Assembly: GCA_964533515.1 (NCBI GenBank)
Contig: CAZHMB010000001.1
Span: 8,640-72,639 of the forward strand
Length of the DNA: 64,000 bases
Direction: 5' to 3'
DNA from: Candidatus Woesearchaeota archaeon
GTDB lineage: Archaea; Nanobdellota; Nanobdellia; Pacearchaeales; GW2011-AR1
Part shown: in pieces, positions 26,506 to 36,579 of the stretch
How the letters are laid out: each line of letters starts with the position of its first letter
How positions within the stretch are numbered: position 1 is the first letter of the stretch
Translations under genes and position numbers: made by a program
Notes under the pieces: model-generated
Told to the model about the DNA's origin: nothing
Databases searched by the model: none
What the model saw: only the letters and a program-made list of their open reading frames with translations

Positions 26506-27123
26506 ATGCCCTTAAAAAAATCTAAGAAAACAAAGAAAGTGAAAAAAATGCATGGGAAAGGAAGAGGAACTCATGGAACAGGTTCAAGAAAGAATAAAAG
26601 GAAATCTGGGAACCGTGGCGGATGTGGAATGGCTGGAACTGGAAAACGAGCAGACCATAGAAAAACATGGGTTACAATGATGTATGGACATGATTATTTT
26701 GGAAAAGCAGGAATAACTTCACGAGGGACAAAGAGAGATAAAAGAAACAGAATCAATTTGATGGCGATAAAAGAAAAGTTTTTCAAGAAAGACGGGGACA
26801 AAATAGAATTGAAGAGCTTTAAGATTCTTTCAGAAGGCGAAGGTTTCAAAGCAACTATCATTGCTCAAGCAGCTTCTAAAAACGCTATCGAGAAAATGAA
26901 AAAAGCTGGTGGCGAGATTCAAGTTCCTAAGATTGTTGCACCGCTCGGTGTACCCCAAAGTACGGAATTCGGGGGCAAGAAAGAAGTGAAGGGCGAAGGT
27001 GGAAAGAATTCTAAGGAGAAGAAGGATTCTAAGGAAAAGCCGAGTGAGGTTAAAGTTGAGAAGAAGGAAGTTAAGGCCAAGGTTGTCAAAAAGATAAAAC
27101 CTGAAGAAGCTAAAAAAGAATAA
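26506..27123 (+). CDS. rpl15: 50S ribosomal protein L15 (uL15) with K/E-rich C-terminal extension
   Basis: 205 aa. HGKGRGTHGTGSRKNKRKSGNRGGCGMAGTGKRADH is the Gly-rich uL15 N-terminus. Confidence 0.85.
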   Translation: MPLKKSKKTKKVKKMHGKGRGTHGTGSRKNKRKSGNRGGCGMAGTGKRADHRKTWVTMMYGHDYFGKAGITSRGTKRDKRNRINLMAIKEKFFKKDGDKIELKSFKILSEGEGFKATIIAQAASKNAIEKMKKAGGEIQVPKIVAPLGVPQSTEFGGKKEVKGEGGKNSKEKKDSKEKPSEVKVEKKEVKAKVVKKIKPEEAKKE

Positions 27124-27167
27124 TCACCCCGCATAAACTTTAAAAACCAATTTCTTCTCAATAAAAC

Positions 27168-28661
27168 ATGTCATTAAGAAGCATATTCAATTTTATCCCC
27201 GAGGTGCGGAAACCCGAGGAAAAGAAAGTTAGTTTTAACGTTAAACTTAAATGGACAATTATAATCCTTGCTTCTTTTTTTATACTAGCCAACATCCCTC
27301 TTTTCGGTTTGTCTAACAACGCTCTTGAGCGATTCAAATATCTTGCGATCATACTTGGTACTCAATTCGGAAGTATTATCTCATTGGGTATTGGGCCGAT
27401 CGTAATGGCTTCGATTATTCTGCAATTATTGACGGGAAGTGGGATTATTAATATTGATCAGTCAACAGCAGAAGGAAAGAAATTTTTTCAGGGGATCCAA
27501 AAGTTATTAGTTTTCTTTTTCATCATATTCGAGGCAATTATTTACGTTATGCTTCAAGGGCTTCAGGCATTGCCTGGCTTGGGCTGGCTTGTTATAATTC
27601 AACTTATCTTGGGTGGTCTGGCTATTTTCTATATGGACGATCTTGTGCAAAAATGGGGTTTCGGTTCGGGAGTTAGTTTGTTCATCGCGGCAGGTGTTTC
27701 ATGGAGATTAATAACCCAGGCGTTCCAATTTGTGAACCAGCAAGGACAAAATTGTTTATTGAATTTCTCTGGAACTGGTGCTGTTGCTTGTCCGGGTAGG
27801 GTTTTATCTTTAATGCAAGAACTGATCTTGCAACATCCTATAGAAGTTGTTTCAGCAGCAGCAGCAATTGTTGCAACGATTGTCATCTTTTTGGCTGTTG
27901 TTTGGGCACAATCATTGAAGGTTGAAATCCCCTTGAGTTTTGGAAGTGGAATGTATAGTAATAGGGGAATTAGAAAAGGTTATGGTGTTAAATGGCCCTT
28001 GTCATTTTTCTATGCTGGAGTTATTCCGGTTATTTTAACGGCCGCCTTAATCGCAAATGTTCAATTGTTTGGGGGGATGGTAGAAAATGCGGCTGCACCT
28101 TGTATCAATCCGGTTGTTAATTCAACGCTTGTAGAAAGCGCTTGTACTGGCGGAGCGAGAGTTGCTTCATGGTTTACTTTCTTAGGGAGTTTTTCTCAAG
28201 GGCAGGCAGTTTCAGGACTTGCGTTTTGGATGGGCTCGACAAATCTTCTTGAGCTGATAATTCGTGGGGGCGTTCTTCCCAAATTTATTTTCCAGGGGCT
28301 GACGCACATATTGTTTTTTATGATCTTATCTACAATTTTTGCTGTGTTCTGGGTGAAAACTTCGGGACAAGATTCAAAAAGCCAGGCAGAAAAAATTGCG
28401 GCTTCGGGATTGCAAGTTGCAGGCTTTAGACAAGACATAAGGATTTTAGAAAGTATATTGGATAGGTATGTAATGCCCTTGACGATTATGGGTGGTGCTA
28501 CCATTGGTTTGCTCGCAGCCTCTACAGATTTGCTTGGAGCATTGGTATCTGGAACAGCCATCCTATTAGTAATTATGATTATGTTCCAGCTCTATCAAAG
28601 TATTGCGCAACAACACATGACCGATATGAATCCTGCGTTCAGGAAATTTATGGGTGGTTAA
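27168..28661 (+). CDS. secY: preprotein translocase subunit SecY
   Basis: 497 aa with 10 TM helices. Conserved position after L15. Plug and TM2 regions GIGPIVMASIILQLL. Confidence 0.85.
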   Translation: MSLRSIFNFIPEVRKPEEKKVSFNVKLKWTIIILASFFILANIPLFGLSNNALERFKYLAIILGTQFGSIISLGIGPIVMASIILQLLTGSGIINIDQSTAEGKKFFQGIQKLLVFFFIIFEAIIYVMLQGLQALPGLGWLVIIQLILGGLAIFYMDDLVQKWGFGSGVSLFIAAGVSWRLITQAFQFVNQQGQNCLLNFSGTGAVACPGRVLSLMQELILQHPIEVVSAAAAIVATIVIFLAVVWAQSLKVEIPLSFGSGMYSNRGIRKGYGVKWPLSFFYAGVIPVILTAALIANVQLFGGMVENAAAPCINPVVNSTLVESACTGGARVASWFTFLGSFSQGQAVSGLAFWMGSTNLLELIIRGGVLPKFIFQGLTHILFFMILSTIFAVFWVKTSGQDSKSQAEKIAASGLQVAGFRQDIRILESILDRYVMPLTIMGGATIGLLAASTDLLGALVSGTAILLVIMIMFQLYQSIAQQHMTDMNPAFRKFMGG

Positions 28662-28708
28662 TCATTTATCACATAAATCCTTAAATAGTCTTCAAAATTA
28701 ATTTTCTC

Positions 28709-28894
28709 ATGGCATACGGAATTAGATGTAAAAATTGTGGATTACAAGAAACTCCACACGTAGAGAGCGTGGATCCAGGTTTAGTAAATGATGATGACTT
28801 CAAGGACTTAGATCATTGTATTGAAAAGTTGGGGGGATATGAACCAGAAGACCCTGTTTCTGAAGCGATTGCTTATTTAGATGAATATGGTTAG
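28709..28894 (+). CDS. small hypothetical protein (single CxxC)
   Basis: 61-aa acidic ORF after secY, in the slot usually occupied by adk. No motif. Confidence 0.25.
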   Translation: MAYGIRCKNCGLQETPHVESVDPGLVNDDDFKDLDHCIEKLGGYEPEDPVSEAIAYLDEYG

Positions 28895-29093
28895 AGGAAA
28901 AGTTGGTCGGAGCTGGGTAGTAAATGAAGAAGGGGACTCAATCTCAACAAGTCTTGAACTCCCAGGAGAAGGGAGAATAAAAGGATATATTCAAGACCAC
29001 CGGGAAAAGGTTGGAGAGGAGATTAGAAAAACAAAGGATTCGGAATTATTAAGAGCACTAGAGAGCGTTTGTCCTTCAAAAGTTCCTGCTTAA
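28881..29093 (+). CDS. small hypothetical protein
   Basis: 70-aa ORF overlapping the previous one by 14 nt. Confidence 0.25.
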   Translation: MNMVRGKVGRSWVVNEEGDSISTSLELPGEGRIKGYIQDHREKVGEEIRKTKDSELLRALESVCPSKVPA

Positions 29094-29138
29094 TCTCAAA
29101 AAAGTTACCTTTAAAAACTTCCCTAATCTTTTTTCCGT

Positions 29139-29687
29139 ATGGAAAAAGAAGGCAGTATGCATAAATTTATGTTTTGGATGGTGGGTTTTTCTTTAGTTGG
29201 TTTTGCAATTATTGGGTTGTGGAATAACATTCCTATAATCAAATCTTCAGTCCATTCTGTTTTAGATCCCAGCCTTGGAACCTTGCTTAACTGGAATGTT
29301 ACTTTAGGTATGTTAATTGTTGTTTTAGGATTGACAATTATTATGACTCTTGTTCAAAAATATGGGACGGACCAAGAAACAATTAGGGAGCTGAAAAAAG
29401 ATCAGAAAGAAGTTCAGAAAGAGATGCAGAAATATAAAGAAGATCCTCAGAAAATGATGGAGATTCAGAAATCTCTTATGCCAACGACGTTTAAGTTGAT
29501 GGAACTTTCAATGAGGGGAACAATTATTACTCTAATTCCGTTTATTCTTTTATTCAGATGGTTCTGGGATTATTTTGAAGTTATTCCGGAGTTTAGATTC
29601 TTCGGATTTCTGAGTTGGTTCTGGTTTTATCTAATCTTCTCAATTGTGTTTTCAAGTATATTGAGAAAGGTTATGGATGTTGCTTGA
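29139..29687 (+). CDS. DUF106-like membrane protein (archaeal YidC/Oxa1/EMC3-type insertase candidate)
   Basis: 182 aa. TM1, then a charged coiled-coil hairpin (KKDQKEVQKEMQKYKEDPQKMMEIQKS), then TM2 and TM3. Both the topology and the location next to secY are characteristic of the Mj0480-type family. Confidence 0.5.
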   Translation: MEKEGSMHKFMFWMVGFSLVGFAIIGLWNNIPIIKSSVHSVLDPSLGTLLNWNVTLGMLIVVLGLTIIMTLVQKYGTDQETIRELKKDQKEVQKEMQKYKEDPQKMMEIQKSLMPTTFKLMELSMRGTIITLIPFILLFRWFWDYFEVIPEFRFFGFLSWFWFYLIFSIVFSSILRKVMDVA

Positions 29688-29822
29688 AAAGGCTCTGACT
29701 TGCTTCGCAAGAATTAACTGATAAAGCCTGTGAGATTTGTTCTAGAATTTTGTAATGAAGAAACTATTCTGGAAAATTTTGATTTCCAAAACTCTTAAAA
29801 ACCTATTAATTCTCAAATTTTC

Positions 29823-30227
29823 ATGGCTGAAGAGAAACAAATAGATCAACAAGAACTTATGATGAAGTTTGCGATGTTCGAGCAAGAGATTAAACAGTTA
29901 CAAGAACAACAACAAGCTGTTGAACAAGGCATGCAGGAAATTATGGCAGTAAATTTTGGTCTTGATGACTTGGTTGGAAAGAAGGGAAAAGAAATTCTTG
30001 CTCCGATTGGCCGTGGGATTTATGCTAAGGCAGAATTGAAATCTGAAGACTTGCTTGTCGACATTGGAGAAAAGAAATTTGTTTCCAAATCTATTCCAGA
30101 TGCTAAAAAATTGATTGAAAGCCAGATTAAAAAGTTGCAAGATGTTAAAAAGCAACTTGATGAAACTCTTGAAGAAAAAAGTCAAGAAGTTCAGAAAATG
30201 ATTGAAGGTGTGCAAGGTTCTGCGTGA
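29823..30227 (+). CDS. pfdA: prefoldin alpha subunit
   Basis: 134 aa. Coiled coil, then a beta-hairpin region KEILAPIGRGIYAKAELKSEDLLVDIGEKKFVSKS, then a second coiled coil. Confidence 0.65.
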   Translation: MAEEKQIDQQELMMKFAMFEQEIKQLQEQQQAVEQGMQEIMAVNFGLDDLVGKKGKEILAPIGRGIYAKAELKSEDLLVDIGEKKFVSKSIPDAKKLIESQIKKLQDVKKQLDETLEEKSQEVQKMIEGVQGSA

Positions 30228-30230
30228 TTA

Positions 30231-31064
30231 TCACTTTCCAACTTTATTCAAAAAATTGTCATAACTTTGTAAACCAAATTCTGTTACAATTCCTTTTAGG
30301 TATTTTTTTGGAACAAATTCAAAAGCCGGATTTTGGATCTTAATATCCTTGGGGGCCTGGTCCCAAACCTCGTTTAGTTCCCTATTTTCCATCGGAATGT
30401 TTTTCTTTTTTGAATGTTTCCAGCTATCGGCAATTATGTAAACGGGGATTTTGTTTTGTTTTGCAAGAATTGCAATTGTTTCACTTCCTACTTTGTTTAT
30501 TATTCCTTTGCTCGTTAAAGCGTCGGCTCCGAGGAAGACTTTGTCGACGGCTTTTGTTCCTTGTTCCTTGCTTAAAGCAATCCCGACGGCAGAGTCAACA
30601 AATTGCGTCACTGAAATCCCTGCGTTCTTCAATTCTTTTGCGGTCTTTCTTCCCTGAAACAGGGGCCGGGTTTCGGTATTATAGACTGAGAATTTTTTCT
30701 TTTTTCTTTTTGCATTGATTAACGCATTAACGACATTTGTCGAATGGCAATGTGTGAAGAGAATGTCTTCTGATTTTATTAGTTTTAAAACTGAAAGGTT
30801 TATTTTTTCTTGGCTAGAAGAGAAATGTTTTAATATTTCATTTTTTGTCTTTCCTTTTTCTGCCAAATCCAAAACATTTTCCATCATCGGTTCTGTCGGA
30901 CGAAGCTTCAAGAGTTTTTTCTTGGATTTTTTTTTCGGGATTAAACAATATGCTTTCAAGGCAGCGAGAGCGATGTTTCTGGCGCCCTGGATTTTCACTT
31001 TCTTTATGTCCTTAGAGATTCTTTTGAATTCCCTCTTCTTTTTTAACGAACTAAAAACACTCAT
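30231..31064 (-). CDS. eIF-2B alpha/beta/delta-family protein (aIF-2B subunit or ribose-1,5-bisphosphate/MTR-1-P isomerase-like)
   Basis: 277 aa. ILFTHCHSTNVVNAL...GADALTSKGIINKVGSETIAILAKQNKIPVYII is the IF-2B fold signature. Confidence 0.65.
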   Translation of the reverse strand: MSVFSSLKKKREFKRISKDIKKVKIQGARNIALAALKAYCLIPKKKSKKKLLKLRPTEPMMENVLDLAEKGKTKNEILKHFSSSQEKINLSVLKLIKSEDILFTHCHSTNVVNALINAKRKKKKFSVYNTETRPLFQGRKTAKELKNAGISVTQFVDSAVGIALSKEQGTKAVDKVFLGADALTSKGIINKVGSETIAILAKQNKIPVYIIADSWKHSKKKNIPMENRELNEVWDQAPKDIKIQNPAFEFVPKKYLKGIVTEFGLQSYDNFLNKVGK

Positions 31065-31114
31065 AGGTATATTAGATTAAGAAGGTTTAAAAAATCTATT
31101 TTTTTAGTAATTTC

Positions 31115-31978
31115 ATGTTAGAGATGTTGATTAAGCCTAAATCTGGTGAGAAGCGGCCGTGGAAGATGTTTTTTATTGGTTTGCTTTATGCGTCGTTGGC
31201 GATTATCCTTGTGCATTTCTTATTCTCAAATGATCCTGCGCTTTCAAAAGCCTCTGGTATGACTGTTATTGCGTTCTGTATAATGTTCACTTTGCCGTTC
31301 ATGTATTATATTATTAAGATTGAAGAAAAAGAAGACGAGGAGATAGAGGGAGTTTTTAGGGTTTGGCAAGCGCATAAAGATGCTTTGTTTGCATTTATGT
31401 GGTTATTCTTGGGATTTGTTGTTGCTTTTGCTTTCTGGAATATCTTTCTACAAAATCCAGATCTACTAAACTTCCAGGTTGAGACCTATTGTTATATTAA
31501 TCAGCCCGGCAATGTCCAAGGTTGCGTTAATGAATATAGTATTGGAAGTGATATAACAAGAGTTACTGGGGGTGCTGCAGGAAGCGTCGCAAGGTTTTTG
31601 TCTATCCTTGAGAATAATGTTTATGTGATGATATTTACTTTAGTCTTCTCTTTAATCTTTGGGGCGGGGGCAATCTTTATCTTGGCCTGGAATGCTTCTG
31701 TTATCGCGGCTGCCATCGGCATATTTACCCAACATCGGCTCTCAGAGATTCCTTTGGGAATTGCTAGATATATGATTCATGGTTTTCCAGAAATTGCGGC
31801 CTATTTTATAACTGCTTTAGCTGGGGGCATGTTCGGCGTTGGTTTCATAAGACACGGATTTAGGGATCAAAAATTCTTGAAGGTTGTTCAAAATGTCATA
31901 ATCCTCCTTTTTATTTCGATAGTTATTTTAGTCATAGCAGCCCTTATAGAAGTGTATATAACCCCAAGATTATTCTAG
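31115..31978 (+). CDS. polytopic membrane protein, hypothetical
   Basis: 287 aa with about 6 TM helices. No motif. Confidence 0.35.
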   Translation: MLEMLIKPKSGEKRPWKMFFIGLLYASLAIILVHFLFSNDPALSKASGMTVIAFCIMFTLPFMYYIIKIEEKEDEEIEGVFRVWQAHKDALFAFMWLFLGFVVAFAFWNIFLQNPDLLNFQVETYCYINQPGNVQGCVNEYSIGSDITRVTGGAAGSVARFLSILENNVYVMIFTLVFSLIFGAGAIFILAWNASVIAAAIGIFTQHRLSEIPLGIARYMIHGFPEIAAYFITALAGGMFGVGFIRHGFRDQKFLKVVQNVIILLFISIVILVIAALIEVYITPRLF

Positions 31979-32005
31979 AGGAATATTTAAATATCTCTCA
32001 TTCGG

Positions 32006-33058
32006 GTGAATCTTATGGTATTTCAACAACCTTTGATAATATTAAGTTTCGTTATTAGTTTTTTAGTTGCATTAGTTGGAACTTTCTTTTGGATTAAAAA
32101 AATGAAGGAAAGGGATTTTTTGTGGGAAGATATGAACAAGCCAGGATATCCTCGAGAAGTTCCGGGTTCGGGAGGGATGGTCGTAATACTTGGTTTCTTG
32201 TTAGGGGTGTTGTATTATGTTGCTATCAGAAGTTTTATCTTCAATGTGAATGACGGAATTTCTGTTAAAATATTTGCCTTGCTTAATGTTCTTCTCATTT
32301 TGGCATTGGTTGGTTTAGTTGACGATTTTTTCCAGATTAAAAAGGCTTTTGGGGGGACAGTCCATGTGGAGGGTTTATCTACTCGATTTAGAATTATTGC
32401 TGCACTACTTGCTGCGATTCCCTTGATTGTTATTAATGCGGGAGTCTCAACCCTTGCAATCCCTTTTTTAGGGAATGTTAACTTTGGGGGGGTGTATCCT
32501 TTAATTTTAATTCCTATAGGAATCGCGGGTTCGACAATTGTTTATAATTTCTTGGCAGGGTTTGACGGATTGGAAGCGGGACAGGGAATCTTGATTTTGG
32601 GCTTTTTGAGTTATATTGCATATTCATCTGGAAATAGCTGGTTAGCTATTGTTGGGTTGTCGATGGTTGCTTCTCTTTTTGGGTTTTGGCTTTTTAATAA
32701 ATTCCCAACAACAATTCTTCCGGGGGACTCTCTTACATGGGGAGTTGGCGCTTTAATTGCATGTATGGCCATTTTGGGAAACTTTGAAAAAATTGCTTTA
32801 ATTGTTTTTATCCCATATATTATTGAATTTTATTTAAAGGCTATTCGTGGCAAGTTTAAATATTATTCATTCGGTTTACCGAATGAAGATGGAAGTTTAG
32901 AAGTCCCTTATGAAAAAATCTACGGATTAACTCACTTTGCTATTTTTTGTTTGAAAAAAATAAAACCTTCGAAAAAAGTCTATAAACAAGATGTTGTCTG
33001 GTTTATACATGGAATACAGCTTATTTTCATATTGATTGCTTGGGCCGTATTTTTATAA
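32006..33058 (+). CDS. aglH: polyprenyl-phosphate HexNAc-1-phosphate transferase (MraY/WecA/AglH family)
   Basis: 350 aa, polytopic. LVGLVDDFFQIKK (DD motif) and NFLAGFDGLEAG (NxxNxxDGxDGL-type motif). Confidence 0.65.
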   Translation: MNLMVFQQPLIILSFVISFLVALVGTFFWIKKMKERDFLWEDMNKPGYPREVPGSGGMVVILGFLLGVLYYVAIRSFIFNVNDGISVKIFALLNVLLILALVGLVDDFFQIKKAFGGTVHVEGLSTRFRIIAALLAAIPLIVINAGVSTLAIPFLGNVNFGGVYPLILIPIGIAGSTIVYNFLAGFDGLEAGQGILILGFLSYIAYSSGNSWLAIVGLSMVASLFGFWLFNKFPTTILPGDSLTWGVGALIACMAILGNFEKIALIVFIPYIIEFYLKAIRGKFKYYSFGLPNEDGSLEVPYEKIYGLTHFAIFCLKKIKPSKKVYKQDVVWFIHGIQLIFILIAWAVFL

Positions 33059-33112
33059 GACCTTCTGCCTGAAAATAAAACATTTTTTAAATGCCTAATA
33101 CCAAAATAGAAC

Positions 33113-34642
33113 ATGGCCAATATACAAAAAACTGTTGAAAGTTTAAGCCCTAATGAGAGAAAGATCTTGCCTTATCTGGAAGACTCCTTACAAAATATCT
33201 GCAAGAAATCCAATCTGGATAAAATTTCTGTTTTAAGATCTTTAGAATATCTTCAGAATAAAAAAATAATCTTTTTAGGGGCTGAAAAAAAGAAAATAAT
33301 AAGGCTTGATGTGAATGGGATCCTGTACAAAAAAAAGGGTCTTCCTGAAAGACGCTTGTTAAATTTGCTTGAGGATAAAAGAGTCTTGAGCTTACAGGAT
33401 GCCAGAAGTCTTTCAAAATTGAGTGACAATGAATTCAAAGCTTCTCTTGGAGTTTTAAAATCTAAGGCTATGGCTGAGCTTAAAAACGGAAAACTAATCT
33501 TAAATGCAAATCCCAAAGAGATTGGAAAAAAGAACCTTGAAGAAGTTTTGATCGAACAACTCCCTCTCGAGATTGAGAAATTGCTCCCAGAACAAGAATT
33601 TGCTTTGAAGTCTCTACAAAAACGGAAAAAGATTATAGAACTAATCGAGCAAACAAGCCACAATATTGAAATCACGGAAATGGGAAAACAATTAATAGAT
33701 TATTTCGGAAAAACGAAACAAACAGAAATGCTAGAACAGATAACTCCTGAACTTTTGAAATCTGAAAAGAATTGGAAAAATAAAAAATTCCGTCGATATG
33801 ACCTGACTAGCCCTGTCCCGGAAGTTTCCGGAGGAAAAAGACATTTTGTTAATCAATCTCTTGATTATGCTAGGAAAATTTGGACCGAACTTGGTTTTCA
33901 AGAAATGCCTGGGCCAATTGTTCAAAGTAGCTTCTGGGTTTTTGATGCACTTTTTACTGCACAAGATCACCCTGTTCGAGAGATGCAAGATACTTTTTTT
34001 CTTGATCATGTAAGTGAACTTCCAGATAAAAAACTTGTTGAAACTGTAAAGTCAACTCATGAAGAAGGTGTTGATGGGAGCAAAGGTTGGCAATATTCTT
34101 GGGATGAAGAAGAGTCAAAAAAATCTGTTTTGAGAACCCATACAACTTGCCTGTCGGCTATGAAACTTTTCGAGCTTTCAAAACTTAAGGATGAAGAAAA
34201 ACGAGGGAAATTTTTCTCATTAGGAAGAAATTTTAGAAATGAAACTATTGATTGGAGCCATGGTTTTGAATTTTATCAAACAGAAGGGATGGTTGTCGAC
34301 GAAAATGTTAACTTTCAACATCTATTGGGCTATCTAAAACAATTTTACAAAAAAATGGGTTTTGAAAAGATAAGATTTTCTCCGGCCTACTTTCCTTATA
34401 CTGAACCAAGTGTTGAAATTTCTGTTTGGCATCCTGAAAAGAAGGTCTGGCTTGAATTGGGTGGGGCCGGAATATTTCGCCCGGAGATTACAATTCCTCT
34501 TTTAGGAAAGAAGATTCCGGTTTTAGCATGGGGACAAGGTTTTGATAGAATCATAATGGATTACTACAAAACGCAAGACCTAAGAGAACTTTACAAAAAC
34601 AATATAACTAAATTGCGAGAGAAAAAGTTTTGGATAAAATAA
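33113..34642 (+). CDS. pheS: phenylalanyl-tRNA synthetase alpha subunit
   Basis: 509 aa. Class II core FSPAYFPYTEPSVEISVWHPEKKVWLELGGAGIFRPEI and motif 3 AWGQGFDRIIM. Confidence 0.85.
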   Translation: MANIQKTVESLSPNERKILPYLEDSLQNICKKSNLDKISVLRSLEYLQNKKIIFLGAEKKKIIRLDVNGILYKKKGLPERRLLNLLEDKRVLSLQDARSLSKLSDNEFKASLGVLKSKAMAELKNGKLILNANPKEIGKKNLEEVLIEQLPLEIEKLLPEQEFALKSLQKRKKIIELIEQTSHNIEITEMGKQLIDYFGKTKQTEMLEQITPELLKSEKNWKNKKFRRYDLTSPVPEVSGGKRHFVNQSLDYARKIWTELGFQEMPGPIVQSSFWVFDALFTAQDHPVREMQDTFFLDHVSELPDKKLVETVKSTHEEGVDGSKGWQYSWDEEESKKSVLRTHTTCLSAMKLFELSKLKDEEKRGKFFSLGRNFRNETIDWSHGFEFYQTEGMVVDENVNFQHLLGYLKQFYKKMGFEKIRFSPAYFPYTEPSVEISVWHPEKKVWLELGGAGIFRPEITIPLLGKKIPVLAWGQGFDRIIMDYYKTQDLRELYKNNITKLREKKFWIK

Positions 34643-34643
34643 A

Positions 34644-36341
34644 ATGGCAAACATAAAATTTTCAAAAAGTCAATTTGAAAGAGAAGTCGGAAAACTAAAC
34701 AAAGAGATGGAAGAAAAGATAGCTTTGTTTGGAACCCCTCTTGAATTTGTTACAGATGAAGAAATAGAATTAGAAATTTTCCCTAACCGCCCAGATTTAC
34801 TCTCATATCAAGGATTTAAAAGATCTTTTTTAAATTTTATAGGAAAATCAAAGGGGATAAAGAATTACAAAATCAATAAGCCTGAAAAAGATTACGAAGT
34901 GAAAGTTGATTCTTCGTTGAAAGATATTCGGCCTTTCACTGCTTGCGCAATTGTGAAGAATCTTAAACTTGATGATGAAAAGATAAAGGAAATGGTTGAT
35001 CTCCAAGAAAAACTCCATGGGACCCTTGGAAGAAATAGAAAGAAAGTTGCGATTGGGATTTATCCCTTGGAGAAAATAGAAATGCCAATCGTCTTTAAAG
35101 CCCTTGAACCGGATAAGATTAAATTTCAACCACTAGAATCTGAAAGAGAAATGACTGGGTTGCAAATATTACAAAGGCATCCTGCTGGAAGGGAATATGC
35201 CCATCTGCTTGCGGGTAAATCCAAGTTTCCAGTTTTTGTAGATGCAAAACAAAACGTTCTGAGTATGCCCCCAATAATAAATTCCCATCTTACTGGAAAG
35301 ATTACAGAAAAGACAAAAGAAGTTTTTATCGAATGCTCTGGTTTTGACTTTAATACTCTGCAAAAATGCTTGAATATAATTATCACCACTCTCGCTGACC
35401 TTGGAGGAAAAATATATCAAATAAACCTGAAACTCCCTGGACAAAGTATCGGAAACCAAGTGACTCCTAATTTAGATACTGAAAAAAATAAAATCTCTCT
35501 TGAAGCTACCAATAAACTTCTCGGATTAGATCTGAATGAAAAGCAACTCAAACAACTTCTTGAAAAGGCGGGTCATGAGTATGATACTAAAACTAAGACC
35601 GTTGAAAGTCCGGCTTGGAGAACTGATCTTTTACACGAAGTAGATTTAATTGAAGATGTAGCAATTTCTTATGGCTATCAGAATTTTGTTCCGGAGATAC
35701 CAGAAATTTCTGCAATAGGAACAGAAGATCAAAAAGAGACTGTTAAGAGAAAAATTTCTGATATCCTCGCTGGTTTAGGAATGCTTGAAACTTTAAATTA
35801 TTTTTTAACCACCCGGTCGGATCAACTTGAAAAGAATTTCTCTATATCAGAACAAGAAGTAAAAAAAGATTCTTTAATAGAAATTCAAAGTTCAAAAACC
35901 GACTATAGTTTTTTACGGAATGATTTAACACATTATGCTTTAAAAAATTTATCTGAAAATAGTGATTCGGAATATCCTCAGAAGATATTCGAAACGGGCA
36001 GAGTTTTTGAAATAGACAATCAAACTAAAAAAATTGATGAAAGTGAGAGTCTTGCTGTGGCAATGGCCCCGGGAAATTATACCGATATCAAACAAACGCT
36101 GGAATACTTATTCAAAATGTTGGGATTAGAAGAAACTTTGAAGATTGAAGATGTTCAAGATTCTAGTCCGGTCCCAGGGTATTTTGTTAAGGAGAGGGTT
36201 GCGGGGATTCTTTTTAAGAAAAAGCTAATTGGTTATATCGGAGAAATTCACCCCAAGATATTGAGAAAGTGGAAAATAAAAATGCCCGTTGCACTTTTTG
36301 AACTTTCTCTCGAGGATATTTTTGAAAACCTTGGAACATAA
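34644..36341 (+). CDS. pheT: phenylalanyl-tRNA synthetase beta subunit (archaeal type)
   Basis: 565 aa. Translationally coupled to pheS. B3/B4 and B5-like domain layout of archaeal PheT. Confidence 0.8.
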   Translation: MANIKFSKSQFEREVGKLNKEMEEKIALFGTPLEFVTDEEIELEIFPNRPDLLSYQGFKRSFLNFIGKSKGIKNYKINKPEKDYEVKVDSSLKDIRPFTACAIVKNLKLDDEKIKEMVDLQEKLHGTLGRNRKKVAIGIYPLEKIEMPIVFKALEPDKIKFQPLESEREMTGLQILQRHPAGREYAHLLAGKSKFPVFVDAKQNVLSMPPIINSHLTGKITEKTKEVFIECSGFDFNTLQKCLNIIITTLADLGGKIYQINLKLPGQSIGNQVTPNLDTEKNKISLEATNKLLGLDLNEKQLKQLLEKAGHEYDTKTKTVESPAWRTDLLHEVDLIEDVAISYGYQNFVPEIPEISAIGTEDQKETVKRKISDILAGLGMLETLNYFLTTRSDQLEKNFSISEQEVKKDSLIEIQSSKTDYSFLRNDLTHYALKNLSENSDSEYPQKIFETGRVFEIDNQTKKIDESESLAVAMAPGNYTDIKQTLEYLFKMLGLEETLKIEDVQDSSPVPGYFVKERVAGILFKKKLIGYIGEIHPKILRKWKIKMPVALFELSLEDIFENLGT

Positions 36342-36371
36342 TTTTATATATCAATTTTATTTAGTTCCATC

Positions 36372-36578
36372 ATGAAAAACAACAGCCGTTCTAATGACTG
36401 TGGATGTGATCCCAGCAATATTGCGCCAAACAAGATGTGTCAATTGACAAAACAAGCGCATAAATTTGATGTCGAGAAGGTCAAAAAGTTAACTTCAAAT
36501 CCGAAGTTTATTTGCAAGTGTTGCGGAAGGACCGCAAATGACAAAGAAAATTTGTGCAGCCCTGTTTATTTAAATTGA
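36372..36578 (+). CDS. small Cys-rich protein (8 Cys, CGCD...CKCCG)
   Basis: 68-aa ORF with CGC and CKCC clusters. Possible metal-binding mini-protein. Confidence 0.3.
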   Translation: MKNNSRSNDCGCDPSNIAPNKMCQLTKQAHKFDVEKVKKLTSNPKFICKCCGRTANDKENLCSPVYLN

Positions 36579-36579
36579 A

